Positions 40,865 through 51,277 of a stretch of DNA of 64,000 bases are shown here, piece by piece. The first letter of the stretch is position 1, and every line of letters begins with the position of its first letter. This stretch comes from an uncultured bacterium. GTDB taxonomy: Bacteria > Abyssobacteria > SURF-5. The translations under genes and the position numbers were made by a program. The stretch is taken from contig CAZSKP010000010.1 of NCBI GenBank assembly GCA_964607485.1, forward strand, positions 1 through 64,000, in the 5' to 3' direction. The notes beneath the pieces were generated by a model. It did not search any database and was not told where the DNA came from. It worked only from the letters and a program-made list of their open reading frames with translations.

Positions 40865-42214
40865 ATGAAAGCAATGACCGCCTTGTCGGCAAAGAAGATG
40901 GGCGGCGAAGCGGCGGAGGTCCGGACGCTTTTCGACCTGACGCCCGCTGCCGGCCCGTCTCGCTCGGACGCCGACTCTTTCTCACGCGCGCTCAAAGCAG
41001 CGGTCCGCAAGACGAGCGGGGAAACCGAACAACCGTCGGAGCCCCGGGACGTCAAGAAGACGTTTGCTCCCGAGGATTCGGCCGGGGGGAACGTTCCCCT
41101 TTCGTCGGACGTGGACGAGACAGAGTCTTTCGGCGAACGCTGGCGCGGCCAGGCCGAGGCCGCACTGATAGCTCTCGTCGAAGCGCCAAATCCGGGCGTT
41201 CAGCCGCAGCAGGCTCCGAGCGGCGACGTCGTCGTGAACGCCGTCCCCGAACTCGGCGTCGTAATGGCTGAGTTTGCCGTCGAGGCAGAACTCGCAGTTG
41301 TGGGTCCGGCGGGGACGCAGACGCCGCCCGTTCAGGCGGAGGCTCCCCCCGCGACACAGGGCGAAGCAGTACCGCCTGCCAATTCCGTTCCCATCGTCCA
41401 GGATGGGCAGGTTCAGGTGGATGAGTTCGTCATCGAATCGGCTCCGGAAAGCACACGGGAGTTCGGCGCGGTGGCGGTGCCTCGGTTTGCTGAGGGACGC
41501 GTCTCAGAAGGGAACGTGCAGGGCGGAGTTGTCATCCGAGCCTTCCAGCCCGTCTCCGCGGAAAACGTTGCGGCGGCGCCGACGGAGCTCGACTCGGTCG
41601 CTGTCCTTGCTCCCGTGGACGCTCGAACAGCGGCATCGGCCAATGACGAAACGCTTCTGAACGAGAGCTTCTGGAGTTGGAGTCGCCCTGCGGAACGGCC
41701 GGACACTACGAACGTTGCCTTACCGAAGGCGCCGTTTGAAGGCGTGCTCCAACAGGTGTCCTCGGGGCAACAGCCGCAGCCGGCGGCGCCACAGCCGGTC
41801 GAGATCGGATACGAGCACCTGTTCGACCAACTCGTGCAGGGCATGCGCCTGACGCAGAATGCGGAGGCGACGGAGATACACGTCCACCTGAAACCCGATT
41901 TTCTCGGCAGAGTGAACATCCGTGTTTTGGCCGATCACCACGGCATGCGCATCGAGATCAGAGCCGAGAATGAAATTGTGCGACAGGTGATGCAGGACAA
42001 CCAAGCGGCTCTGCATCAAAGGCTGGCGGAGAAAGGGCTTGCCTTCAGCCAGCTCAGCATACTTGCAGACGCCGGCTGGACATCCCGGAGAGAACCGGAA
42101 TGGCCGTCCGAGCCCGCACATACGGGGCTGCAGACGAAACCGGAAGCCCCCGTCGAGATCGGCGTCGAACCCGTTCAGCTTGCGTGGAGCGGGACGATTG
42201 ATTATCTCGCGTAG
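40865..42214 (+). CDS. fliK: flagellar hook-length control protein
   Basis: Low-complexity N-terminus; IHVHLKPDFLGRVNIRV C-terminal domain. Confidence 0.88.
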   Translation: MKAMTALSAKKMGGEAAEVRTLFDLTPAAGPSRSDADSFSRALKAAVRKTSGETEQPSEPRDVKKTFAPEDSAGGNVPLSSDVDETESFGERWRGQAEAALIALVEAPNPGVQPQQAPSGDVVVNAVPELGVVMAEFAVEAELAVVGPAGTQTPPVQAEAPPATQGEAVPPANSVPIVQDGQVQVDEFVIESAPESTREFGAVAVPRFAEGRVSEGNVQGGVVIRAFQPVSAENVAAAPTELDSVAVLAPVDARTAASANDETLLNESFWSWSRPAERPDTTNVALPKAPFEGVLQQVSSGQQPQPAAPQPVEIGYEHLFDQLVQGMRLTQNAEATEIHVHLKPDFLGRVNIRVLADHHGMRIEIRAENEIVRQVMQDNQAALHQRLAEKGLAFSQLSILADAGWTSRREPEWPSEPAHTGLQTKPEAPVEIGVEPVQLAWSGTIDYLA

Positions 42215-42234
42215 CAGAAGGAGGTGAAGCAGGA

Positions 42235-42648
42235 GTGAATATCATGGCAACAGCCAATCCCGTTGCGGCGGCCGCCGCGTCGAGCGCAAGCGCGGCAAGC
42301 TCGATCGTGGGAGCCAACCAAGGGCTCGGCGAAAACGATTTTCTCATGTTGCTCATTTCCGAGCTGGTGAACCAGGACCCGCTGGACCCGCTGGCCGACC
42401 GCGACTTCATCGCGCAAATGGCCCAGCTCAATACGCTCAACCAGACGGTAGAGCTCAACGACGGCATCCGCACGATGCAGATGCTTCAAGCCGCGGGGCT
42501 CGTCGGTCGGTCAGTCGAGGCAATCGGGCCCGATGGCGAGAGAGTCGTCGGAGTTGTGACCGAGGTGAGGTTCATCGACTCGGAACCCTGGCTCGTCGTC
42601 AATAACGAAGTTGTTGTAAGCCTTAACGACACGATTCGTGTCTCTTAG
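42235..42648 (+). CDS. flgD: flagellar hook capping protein
   Basis: DFLMLLISELVNQDPLDP...FIAQMAQL; alternative ATG start at 42244. Confidence 0.93.
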   Translation: MNIMATANPVAAAAASSASAASSIVGANQGLGENDFLMLLISELVNQDPLDPLADRDFIAQMAQLNTLNQTVELNDGIRTMQMLQAAGLVGRSVEAIGPDGERVVGVVTEVRFIDSEPWLVVNNEVVVSLNDTIRVS

Positions 42649-42659
42649 CGGAGCGCTTT

Positions 42660-43067
42660 ATGGTTGACAAGATAAACACGGGCGAAGGACAACCGATTAG
42701 ACAGGTTGACCCCACGCGCGCGCCGGTCGTTCCGGAAAGGCGGCCGCGGGAACCCTTCGACGCCGTGATACGGCGCGAGATCGAGAAACTGGAGGGTGTA
42801 AGGTTCTCGGCTCATGCCCTTCAGCGCCTGAGCGCCCGGAACATCCATCTGAGCGCCGACGACAGGGAAAGAATCGTCGAGGCGGTCAACCGCGCACAGT
42901 CAAAGGGCGCAAGAGACTCGCTCGTGCTCGTCCGCGGGGCGGCGTTGGTGGTCAGCGTCAAGAACCGCACCGTCGTCACCGTGCTCGACCGCGAGGAAAC
43001 GCGCGGCAATGTGTTCACCAACATCGACAGCGCCGTCGTCATGGACGGAGAGGAAAGTGGAACGTAA
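42660..43067 (+). CDS. TIGR02530-like flagellar operon protein
   Basis: FSAHALQRLSARNI...KGARDSLV...VSVKNRTVVT...VFTNIDSAV; located between flgD and flgE. Confidence 0.88.
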   Translation: MVDKINTGEGQPIRQVDPTRAPVVPERRPREPFDAVIRREIEKLEGVRFSAHALQRLSARNIHLSADDRERIVEAVNRAQSKGARDSLVLVRGAALVVSVKNRTVVTVLDREETRGNVFTNIDSAVVMDGEESGT

Positions 43068-43090
43068 CCCAAAACAAAACTGACCCTAAT

Positions 43091-43165
43091 CGAGGGCTAG
43101 GTCGAGCCCTCGGCAGGCCGGTCCCCCTCGGGGAGGCCTGATGCCGCTGAACGACGGAGGCGGCA
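43091..43165 (+). ncRNA. putative cis-regulatory RNA (three tandem hairpins) in the flgE leader
   Basis: Stems 43091-43098/43105-43112, 43114-43126/43130-43140 and 43142-43147/43160-43165; no U-tract. Confidence 0.5.
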
Positions 43166-43192
43166 GGGGGAAAAGCAACAAAGGAGCAAAGA

Positions 43193-44848
43193 ATGGGACT
43201 CAGCACTGCATTGTTCACAGGCGTGAGCGGTCTCATCACGCTTTCGGAATCGCTGAACGTGATCGGCGACAACCTGGCCAACGTGAACACGGCCGGGTTC
43301 AAGTCGAGCGTCGCACGGTTTGAGACGGTCTTCAGTCAGACGCTCTCCGGCGCAACGGCTCCGACCGGAACCCTGCTCGGCACCAACCCTGTGCAGGTGG
43401 GCCTCGGGACCACGCTCGCGACGATAAGCAAGAATTTCGGTCAAGGAAGCCTGAACGCCACCGGCTCACTGTCGGACCTGGCGGTTCAGGGCAGAGGGTT
43501 CTTTATCCTCAGCGACGGCACGAGCCAGTCGTTCAGCCGCGACGGCTCATTCGCGGTGGCTGTTGACGGTACATTCGTCGATCCCGCCACCGGGCTGAGA
43601 GTGCAGGGTTATCAGGCGGTTGACGGCGTGGTCACGCCGACGGGCGCGGTGGGAGACATCGTGATCCCGATAGGACTTTCAATCGTGCAGGAGACCTCGA
43701 ACGCGCTCTTGACGGGGAATTTCGACGCCTCGGGCGCTATCGCAACGACGGGCACCGTCACCGACGGCCCCGCCGTAGACGGGCCGGGAGCCGTGCCGGC
43801 TGTGGCGGGCACGCTTCTCACCGGTCTGCAGAACACCGTGGGCGTGAACCTAGGCCTTGTAGCCGGTGACACGATAACAATTGCGGGCCAAAAAGGCGGC
43901 GCGGACGTGACCGCGACGTTCTCGGTTACCGGCACCTCCACTCTCGGGGACCTGGCGACCGCAATCCAGAACGCGTTCGGGATCGTCGGCGGGAGTGTTG
44001 CCATAGACGCGGACGGCTCGTTCACGATTACGGGCGCTCCGGGAACGGGCAACGCGATTACCGATGTCGTCCTTACCGCCGACGACGGCATGGGAACGCC
44101 CCGGACCGATTTCAACGCTTTGTTCAACCCGGGCGGAGGCACGGCCTTCACCGAAATCACTGCCGCGGATGGCGAGAGTTTCGTCTTGTCCGGTCTGAAC
44201 GTGTTCGATTCGCTGGGCAATTCGGTGCCGCTCAACATCACGTTCACGCGGACGGGTACGAACACCCTGGAGTACGTCGCCGAAAGTCCGTTCGGCACGA
44301 ACGTCGGCTCGGGGACGATCACCTATGACAACAACGGCCAGTTTCTGAGCGTGACCAACGACGTTATAACCATCGACCGGTCGGCCGCGGGTGCGATCAG
44401 CCCGTTGGATATCACGCTCGATTTCAGCAACACGACCTTCCTGAGCGGTGAGAACACGCTCGCCCTTTCGAGCCAGGACGGCTTTCCGATAGGGTCGCTC
44501 GAGGAGTTCTCGGTGGGCATAGACGGCGTCATCTCGGGCTTCTTTTCAAACGGGCTGACGCTGACTCTCGGGCAGGTCGCGCTGGCCGTGTTTCCCAATC
44601 AGGAGGGCCTGACGGCCATCGGCGAGAACCAGTACATAACGTCCGCCAATTCAGGAGAACCGATCATCGGTCAGGCCGGAACAGGCGGCAGAGGCACCAT
44701 TGCCGGGGGGTACCTCGAGGGTTCCAACACGGACCTCGCGACCGAATTCGCGAACATAATAATCTCGCAGCGCGGCTTTCAGGCCAACGCGCGCACCATC
44801 ACGACGGCAGACGCGTTGCTGGACGAGGTCATATCGCTGGTGAGGTGA
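43193..44848 (+). CDS. flgE: flagellar hook protein
   Basis: GVSGL...IGDNLANVNTAGFK, DLAVQGRGFF and LEGSNTDLA...QRGFQAN. Confidence 0.96.
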   Translation: MGLSTALFTGVSGLITLSESLNVIGDNLANVNTAGFKSSVARFETVFSQTLSGATAPTGTLLGTNPVQVGLGTTLATISKNFGQGSLNATGSLSDLAVQGRGFFILSDGTSQSFSRDGSFAVAVDGTFVDPATGLRVQGYQAVDGVVTPTGAVGDIVIPIGLSIVQETSNALLTGNFDASGAIATTGTVTDGPAVDGPGAVPAVAGTLLTGLQNTVGVNLGLVAGDTITIAGQKGGADVTATFSVTGTSTLGDLATAIQNAFGIVGGSVAIDADGSFTITGAPGTGNAITDVVLTADDGMGTPRTDFNALFNPGGGTAFTEITAADGESFVLSGLNVFDSLGNSVPLNITFTRTGTNTLEYVAESPFGTNVGSGTITYDNNGQFLSVTNDVITIDRSAAGAISPLDITLDFSNTTFLSGENTLALSSQDGFPIGSLEEFSVGIDGVISGFFSNGLTLTLGQVALAVFPNQEGLTAIGENQYITSANSGEPIIGQAGTGGRGTIAGGYLEGSNTDLATEFANIIISQRGFQANARTITTADALLDEVISLVR

Positions 44849-44988
44849 TTTTTCGGCTCCGGGGTATCTGTCGGGCCTCTGAGGAGACCCGGCACGACGG
44901 TTGACATGCGGCAGGGCCGGAGCAGCGGTGTGCCTTGCCGCCGCGCTCCGAGAGAAACATCCGGAGCAGCATGAACGGAAGACTTGAA

Positions 44989-45222
44989 ATGATCAAGCTC
45001 ACTCGCTTCGATGGGTCAGAGTTCGCCGTCAACGCCGAGTTGATAAAGTTCGTGGAGGCGGCTCCCGATACCATTGTGACATTGACAAGCGACCAGAAGC
45101 TGCTGGTGCTCGAGACCGTCGATGAAGTCATCGAAAGGGTTATCGAATACAAGGGGCTTGCTTACGGCCGCTTGCCGGAGAAGATCGACCGTGGCGAGAA
45201 AACCAAGGAGATAGAGTCTTAG
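44989..45222 (+). CDS. flbD: flagellar FlbD/SwrD family protein
   Basis: MIKLTRFDG...VNAELIKFVEAAPDTIVTL. Confidence 0.9.
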   Translation: MIKLTRFDGSEFAVNAELIKFVEAAPDTIVTLTSDQKLLVLETVDEVIERVIEYKGLAYGRLPEKIDRGEKTKEIES

Positions 45223-45284
45223 CAAACCGTCCGCCCGTTCCCGCGCGGAGCGGGCGGACCCGGAAGTGAGGGAGAAGCAGTTCT

Positions 45285-46070
45285 GTGGATGTCGCAACCG
45301 TCGTCGGAATAATCTCGGGGCTGTCGTTCATCTTCATCGCAATGTCGCTCGGAGGCGGGGGATTGGGAATATTCCTCCATGTGCCTTCGTTTATGATCAC
45401 CGTGGGAGGCACGGTCGCGGCGACATTGATCAACTATCCGCTCCATGAGATACGAGGCGTGCTGAGCACCGTCCGAAACGCGTTCGCGTTCGAGTCCCAG
45501 ACACCGGCCTCGATGATAGAGGCCCTCGTCTCATACGCGACGAAGGCGCGGCGCGAGGGCATTCTCACGCTCGAGTCGGAACTGGAGACGGCAAGAGACC
45601 CGTTCCTTGTTCGGGGCGTGCGTCTGGCCATCGACGGGACCGCGCCGGAGCTGATAAAGGACATCCTAACGACCGAGCTGTCATATGTGGAGAGCCGGCA
45701 TTCGCTCGGGCAGGGGATTTTCACGATGATGGGCACGTACGCGCCCGCGTTCGGGATGATAGGAACTCTCATCGGGCTCATAAGCATGCTCCGAACGCTC
45801 GAGGACCCTTCGCAGATCGGCAGCGGAATGGCCACCGCACTCATCACCACGTTCTACGGCGCGCTGATGGCCAACCTCATATTTCTGCCTATCGCGGGCA
45901 AGCTGAGGTCGCGCACGCAGAGCGAAATACTGATAAAAGAAGTGATAATAGAGGGAATCCTCTCGATACAGTCGGGCGACAACCCGCGAATCGTCGAGCA
46001 AAAACTCAAAGCGTTCATTTCTCCCAAACTCCGGGAGAACGTCCAGACGAGCCTGAAACCGGTCAGATAG
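45285..46070 (+). CDS. motA: flagellar stator subunit A (PomA-like)
   Basis: ARREGIL, APAFGMIGTLIGL and ALITTFYG motifs. Confidence 0.95.
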   Translation: MDVATVVGIISGLSFIFIAMSLGGGGLGIFLHVPSFMITVGGTVAATLINYPLHEIRGVLSTVRNAFAFESQTPASMIEALVSYATKARREGILTLESELETARDPFLVRGVRLAIDGTAPELIKDILTTELSYVESRHSLGQGIFTMMGTYAPAFGMIGTLIGLISMLRTLEDPSQIGSGMATALITTFYGALMANLIFLPIAGKLRSRTQSEILIKEVIIEGILSIQSGDNPRIVEQKLKAFISPKLRENVQTSLKPVR

Positions 46071-46085
46071 GCGGAAAGACATCGA

Positions 46086-46871
46086 TTGAGCAAGTACGGC
46101 AACAATAACGGAAGCGACAACGGAGGGATCCGGCTGCCCACCTCTCCCGGGTGGATGGTCACCTACGGCGACATCATGACGCTTCTTCTCACCTTCTTCG
46201 TTCTTCTGATATCATATTCGACAATCAAAGAAGAGGCGTTTCGGCGAGCGCTCGCGTCGTTTCAGGAAGCGCTCGGCGTACTTCCCAATGAGCGGAGCTT
46301 GATAAGATTCGAGCAGATTCCCGCCGTGAAAATGATGCCTCCGATACCCGCCCAGGAGATCATTAAGCGCCTCCGCAACTCGGTGTACTCGGCGGGGCTG
46401 AAAGGCAAGGTGAGTGTCGAGGAAGAGAGGGAGGGCATCCGAATAACCATCCAGAGCCCGATTCTCTTCGACTCCGGCAAGGCCACCCTCAGGCCGGAGG
46501 CCCTGCCGGTCCTGGACGAACTGATAAAGATTCTCGGTGAGAGTCCCAACGAAGTCGTCGTGGAGGGACACACCGATAACGTGCCCATCAATACGGCCGA
46601 GTTTCCGTCTAACTGGGAGCTGTCCACGGCAAGGGCGATCAGCGTTGCAAAGTACCTCTTCCAGAAGGGAAATCTGAAAGCGGAGAGGTTCACCGTGGCC
46701 GGTTACGGCGAGTATCATCCAGTCGCGACGAACGCGACTCCCGAAGGACGACAGAAGAATCGGCGCGTGGGCATTTTGCTCAAGAATGTGGAGGTAATTA
46801 AGGGATCGAAAGCAGATGAGGAGGAACAAGCGCAATGGGTGAAAGAGAGTCGCCAGAACGCCCACGGGTGA
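46086..46871 (+). CDS. motB: flagellar stator subunit B (OmpA-like domain)
   Basis: WMVTYGDIMTLLLTFFVLL, EGHTDN, NWELSTARA and NRRV. Confidence 0.95.
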   Translation: MSKYGNNNGSDNGGIRLPTSPGWMVTYGDIMTLLLTFFVLLISYSTIKEEAFRRALASFQEALGVLPNERSLIRFEQIPAVKMMPPIPAQEIIKRLRNSVYSAGLKGKVSVEEEREGIRITIQSPILFDSGKATLRPEALPVLDELIKILGESPNEVVVEGHTDNVPINTAEFPSNWELSTARAISVAKYLFQKGNLKAERFTVAGYGEYHPVATNATPEGRQKNRRVGILLKNVEVIKGSKADEEEQAQWVKESRQNAHG

Positions 46872-47377
46872 AAGAAGGGCGGGAGGCCGGTCCTCTTAAG
46901 CCGAAGCCTGCCGTTTTTAACCTGAAGAACATTTCCATCCTGATAGTCGGGGTGGTGCTGTCAACGTTTTTTGCGATCTTTACGGTCGGCAATTACATCG
47001 CTCCGGCGGTGGAACAGCGAAAGGTTGTCCAGCAATCGCAGGCCTCTGCGAAGGAAGCGCCTTCGGATTTGGAGAGGCTGACGTTCTACAAGATCGACCC
47101 GCTCATAGTGAATCCGGCCGATTCCAACGGGGAGCGGTATCTCAAAGCCACAATCAGCCTGGAAGCGTACGACCCGGAGTTGGTGAAAGAGATCGAGAAG
47201 AGGCTCCCCCAGATAAAGAATCAGATCAACAACGTTCTCAGCTCGAAGACAATCGAGCAGGTACAGACGAGTGAGGCCCGCGAGAGGCTGCGGCGCGAGA
47301 TACAGAACAGGGTGAACGGGCTGTTGCTGACGGGGCGCATTTCCAACGTGTATTTCGAGGAGTTCGTGTATCAATGA
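46835..47377 (+). CDS. fliL: flagellar basal body-associated protein
   Basis: TM, IVNPAD...RYLK and VYFEEFVYQ C-terminus. Confidence 0.92.
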   Translation: MGERESPERPRVKEGREAGPLKPKPAVFNLKNISILIVGVVLSTFFAIFTVGNYIAPAVEQRKVVQQSQASAKEAPSDLERLTFYKIDPLIVNPADSNGERYLKATISLEAYDPELVKEIEKRLPQIKNQINNVLSSKTIEQVQTSEARERLRREIQNRVNGLLLTGRISNVYFEEFVYQ

Positions 47378-47784
47378 CCGACGAGAAGGACCACAAAGAG
47401 GCCTCGGCCGAGGGGAAGGCCCCCGAAGGGGGCATGATTATCGACGCGACCGCTCATCGGCGACCCCGCGTTCACGGACTCGAGCTCGACAATCGGAAGG
47501 GTGAGGCTCGGCTCGATTTCCTCGCAGATGTTCCGCTGAAAGTGAACGTGGTGCTTGCAGACACCACGATGCCTGTCGGCGAGATACTCGCGCTCGGGAC
47601 CGATTCCATCGTGCAGCTCGACAAACCCTCGGGCGACCCCGTGGACATCTACGTCGAAAACCAGAAGCTCGGGAGAGGCGAAGTAATCGTGCTTCAGGAA
47701 AAACTTCGGATTCGCGTGGTCGAGATAACGCCGCCTTCCATGGGTGCAAAGGAAAAGACGTCCGACAAACCGGAGGAACAATGA
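47374..47784 (+). CDS. fliN: flagellar motor switch protein (SpoA domain)
   Basis: LADVPLKVNVVL...LDKPSGDPVDIYV...GEVIV. Confidence 0.9.
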   Translation: MTDEKDHKEASAEGKAPEGGMIIDATAHRRPRVHGLELDNRKGEARLDFLADVPLKVNVVLADTTMPVGEILALGTDSIVQLDKPSGDPVDIYVENQKLGRGEVIVLQEKLRIRVVEITPPSMGAKEKTSDKPEEQ

Positions 47785-48434
47785 GAAAGACGCTGGCCGT
47801 GGCTTTGGTCATGGCCCTCCTTCTGCTCCTGCCGACGGTGTACCGGGCGAGCGGCGAGGACGCGCGCCCGGCCTCGAAGAATGCGGCTGCCTCTCAGTCT
47901 CCCAGCGGCGAAGACAGGGGTGCCGGCTACCTGCCCTATTCCGACCCGACCCCTCTTGGTTCCGGCGGATTATTCGGCGCCATCGTGAGGACGATTTTTT
48001 CGCTGGCGATTGTTCTCGGGCTTCTGTATGCGACGCTGTGGCTGATTAAGAAATTGACCGGCGGGTCGATGGGGCCGTTTTCGGAAGGCCCGATGAGAGT
48101 CGTGGGCCGCATTTATCTCAGTCCGAAGGCCGTCATATACTTCGTTCGGATTGTGGATGAATTGCTCGTAATCGGCACCAATACGGGGAACATCTCGCTC
48201 CTGACCACGTTCACGGACGAGCAGCAAATAGGGCAAATCGAAAAAGCGCTCAAGAGCGTTCAGGCGCACGTGCCCGGGCTGGGCTTTTCGCGCCTCTTCG
48301 ACAAATCGTTGGCCAGGTTTCAAAAAGTGCTGGAGAAAGAGGACTCCGCCTTTGACGACCAGCTGCGGGGCTTCAACGAACAGATAGGACGACTCAAGGG
48401 GCTTGCCCGGAAAAGACAAAGAGATGAAGAGTAA
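47781..48434 (+). CDS. fliO: flagellar biosynthesis protein FliO
   Basis: TM followed by [18 protein letters not shown]...LVIGT; located before fliP. Confidence 0.85.
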   Translation: MRKTLAVALVMALLLLLPTVYRASGEDARPASKNAAASQSPSGEDRGAGYLPYSDPTPLGSGGLFGAIVRTIFSLAIVLGLLYATLWLIKKLTGGSMGPFSEGPMRVVGRIYLSPKAVIYFVRIVDELLVIGTNTGNISLLTTFTDEQQIGQIEKALKSVQAHVPGLGFSRLFDKSLARFQKVLEKEDSAFDDQLRGFNEQIGRLKGLARKRQRDEE

Positions 48435-49191
48435 GAAGATACGCCGGGTCGCGCTGCTCGGAGTGGTGATCGCCTTTGCCCTGGCGGGCGTCGCTCTGGC
48501 GCAGCAGGAGGGAATAGTCATCCCGCGTGTCGGCATAGAAATAGGCCGCGCCGAGACGCCCCAGCAGGTATCGACCACGCTCCAGTTGCTCTTTCTCCTG
48601 ACCATTCTCTCGCTGGCGCCGGCCATACTCGTCATGGTCACCTCTTTCACGCGCATCATCGTGGTGCTGGGCCTCCTCAGGCAGGCGCTGGGCACCCAGC
48701 AGATGCCTCCCAACCAGGTGCTCATCGGCCTTGCGCTCTTCCTGACGTTCTTCGTGATGGCGCCCACGTACAACGAGGTGAACCAGCAGGCGCTCCGGCC
48801 TTACCTTGACAAGAAGATCAGCCACGTCGAGGCGTTCGAACGCGGCGTGGTGCCGATTCGGAATTTCATGTTCAGGCAGACGCGGGAGAAGGACCTCGGC
48901 CTGTTCGTGCACCTGTCGAAAATAGCCCCGCCGCGCACTCCCGACGACGTGCCCACGCACGTGCTCGTTCCCGCCTTCATGATAAGCGAGCTCAAAACGG
49001 CGTTTCAGATAGGGTTCGTGATCTTCATCCCATTCCTCATAATCGACATGGTCATAGCGAGCGGGCTGATGTCGATGGGAATGCTCATGCTTCCACCCAT
49101 ATTCATCTCGCTCCCGTTCAAGGTCATCCTGTTCGTGCTCGCTGACGGATGGTACCTCGTGGTAGGTTCTCTCGTCAGGAGCTTCGGATAG
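48424..49191 (+). CDS. fliP: flagellar export gate protein
   Basis: [31 protein letters not shown] and FVLADGW. Confidence 0.97.
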   Translation: MKSKKIRRVALLGVVIAFALAGVALAQQEGIVIPRVGIEIGRAETPQQVSTTLQLLFLLTILSLAPAILVMVTSFTRIIVVLGLLRQALGTQQMPPNQVLIGLALFLTFFVMAPTYNEVNQQALRPYLDKKISHVEAFERGVVPIRNFMFRQTREKDLGLFVHLSKIAPPRTPDDVPTHVLVPAFMISELKTAFQIGFVIFIPFLIIDMVIASGLMSMGMLMLPPIFISLPFKVILFVLADGWYLVVGSLVRSFG

Positions 49192-49210
49192 AGCAACGCT
49201 ACCGAGAGCC

Positions 49211-51031
49211 TCAGCGGGCGGCGGGTTCCCACAGGGTCATGTGTTGTCCGGAAGGGTCATAGTGGAGCACAAGAGCGCCCTCCGCCGCCGCGGCATCAAG
49301 CTCAGCGCGCGAAACCTTCGGAAAGGATTCGTCGAAGAAGTTTTCGCTGTGCAGCATGACCGAACGGAGGGGGGGACGGTCGAGCTTCAACAGGGCCGCC
49401 AGCGGGAGCCGCATGGAACCGATCAAGAGCGGCGCGCCGAAGAAGTCGTCTCCCCGGTACCACGTAGGCTGGTCCACTACGATTACTTCTCTCGTGTCGG
49501 GATGTTGGCCGATGAGCTGCGCAGTCGAGATGACCGTCCCGCGGATGATTGCGCTGCCTTCGCCCCAGATGTCCACGAGATGGCTCGCGTGTCGATACCC
49601 TTGCAGCGCAACGCACCCATACAGAAGCCCCGCCGCGAGAAGGCCGAGAAGAGCGCGCGTTTCGGGAAGCTGCAACCTCGCTCCGAACAGGGGTCGGTCG
49701 GTGAGCCGTGTCACCGCCGCACGTATCACGCCTGCCCAGAATATGGACCAGCCGACCGCCGGAATGTAGAAGTACCTGGGTGCGAGCTCGACCGCCACAA
49801 TCGCGGTCACCACAAACAGTAGGCTCCACACAAGCATCAACCGCAGCTCCCGCCCGACCTTGGCGAAGCAGACTCCGAGAAGCAGGACAACTGCTACGGA
49901 CGCAAATGCCAGGAAGAGGGGATTCTGTCCCCACCGGGTGAACACCCAATACGCATCCATGTTGTTTAACGGCGAGAGAAAGCAGGCGGCGGACACGAAG
50001 CTCTGAAGCAGCTTCAGCGAAGTGTTGCGGCTGACTATCACCCGCAATGTGTAGAAGTATTTGATGCCGAGCAACAAAGCCAGGGCGGCCGCCGGAACGG
50101 CGTACGCCCTCGATATTGAACCCAATCGCCTGAGCGAAAAGGAAGGCCGCGGTTCGCCGTCATATGTCAGGTCGTAGAAGATGCACACGCCTATCAGCGG
50201 AACGGCTATCTCATGCGTGTAGATGGAGAGCACGTAAAGGACGATGAATCCCCACAGATACCGTCTGCCGCCGTCCACGCGATACCGCATGAATGACAGA
50301 AAAGAAAGCAGGACGAAAAACGCGGCGACCACGTAGTGGTTGCCCACCAGCGGCCACACTACGGGTTCGTAGCTGAGAAAGAAGAACGAGAAGATGACCG
50401 CCGCCCCGAACGCGTGGAGCCGGCTGTGGAGCAATCTGAGCGCTATCAGGTACACCAGAGCCGCGTTCACCGCATGCAGCAATATGTTCACAAAGTGGTA
50501 GACCGACGCCTCGCCTATCCCGAGCCAGCGCGGAATTCCGATAAGAAGCAGGGTGACGGGGAAATAATGGTAGATATCCCGAATGGGGAGCAGCATCCTC
50601 AACGGCCCTTCGGACAGCACGTTCAACAGGTAGTAGTCGTCGCCGAAGAACGAGAACCTCAGCGCCGGCCAGTACGCGAGGAAAATGAACGCCGCAAGAA
50701 CGGCCAATCCCATCGGCCATATCGAAGACCGCTCGATGTCCCGGCCGGCACGCCTCAAGGCTTCTCCGGCGAAGCTCTCTATGACGTAGGCGCTCAACAA
50801 CCAGACCGCTCCGGCCACTCCCACGCAGACCAGCAGGAATCCCAGCGAACCGACCTGTCGCGCCCCCACGGGCGAAAACCGACCGGCCAACGCTCCCGTC
50901 CAGAGCGCGGTTCCCAGGGCCGTACACGCGAGAGCCATGAGTCCGATACAGAATGCTATTGAACGACCTGTCTGAGCGCTCGGAGGATTTTCAGCCGAAT
51001 TCGTCATGTGACAAATTTCCCGGCGGTTCAT
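49211..51031 (-). CDS. polytopic membrane protein, GT-C (ArnT/PMT-like) glycosyltransferase
   Basis: FFGDDY acidic loop, YHFVNILLHAVN, EPVVW, HE and RYFYIP; many TM segments. Confidence 0.75.
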   Translation of the reverse strand: MNRREICHMTNSAENPPSAQTGRSIAFCIGLMALACTALGTALWTGALAGRFSPVGARQVGSLGFLLVCVGVAGAVWLLSAYVIESFAGEALRRAGRDIERSSIWPMGLAVLAAFIFLAYWPALRFSFFGDDYYLLNVLSEGPLRMLLPIRDIYHYFPVTLLLIGIPRWLGIGEASVYHFVNILLHAVNAALVYLIALRLLHSRLHAFGAAVIFSFFFLSYEPVVWPLVGNHYVVAAFFVLLSFLSFMRYRVDGGRRYLWGFIVLYVLSIYTHEIAVPLIGVCIFYDLTYDGEPRPSFSLRRLGSISRAYAVPAAALALLLGIKYFYTLRVIVSRNTSLKLLQSFVSAACFLSPLNNMDAYWVFTRWGQNPLFLAFASVAVVLLLGVCFAKVGRELRLMLVWSLLFVVTAIVAVELAPRYFYIPAVGWSIFWAGVIRAAVTRLTDRPLFGARLQLPETRALLGLLAAGLLYGCVALQGYRHASHLVDIWGEGSAIIRGTVISTAQLIGQHPDTREVIVVDQPTWYRGDDFFGAPLLIGSMRLPLAALLKLDRPPLRSVMLHSENFFDESFPKVSRAELDAAAAEGALVLHYDPSGQHMTLWEPAAR

Positions 51032-51166
51032 TCACGAGAACTTCTTTTGAGACCCCTCCTCTTGTTCCCGAAGTATACAACATCGGCGTGGCGTTTCCAA
51101 ATGCTCTCGGACGATTCGGGCGGTTATGAACACAGGGCAGGGACTGCGTTTTCCTCGGAGAGTGTG

Positions 51167-51195
51167 TTGACTTGCCCTTGCTCTGACGATATAGT
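51167..51195 (+). promoter_or_regulatory. sigma70-type promoter
   Basis: TTGACT-17-TATAGT. Confidence 0.6.
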
Positions 51196-51277
51196 ATGAA
51201 GCTGTCGCATGGGATTCGAAGCCTGTGTGTGAGGAGCACACGCATTCCCGAAACGGCGGCTTCAAGGAGGACACGAC

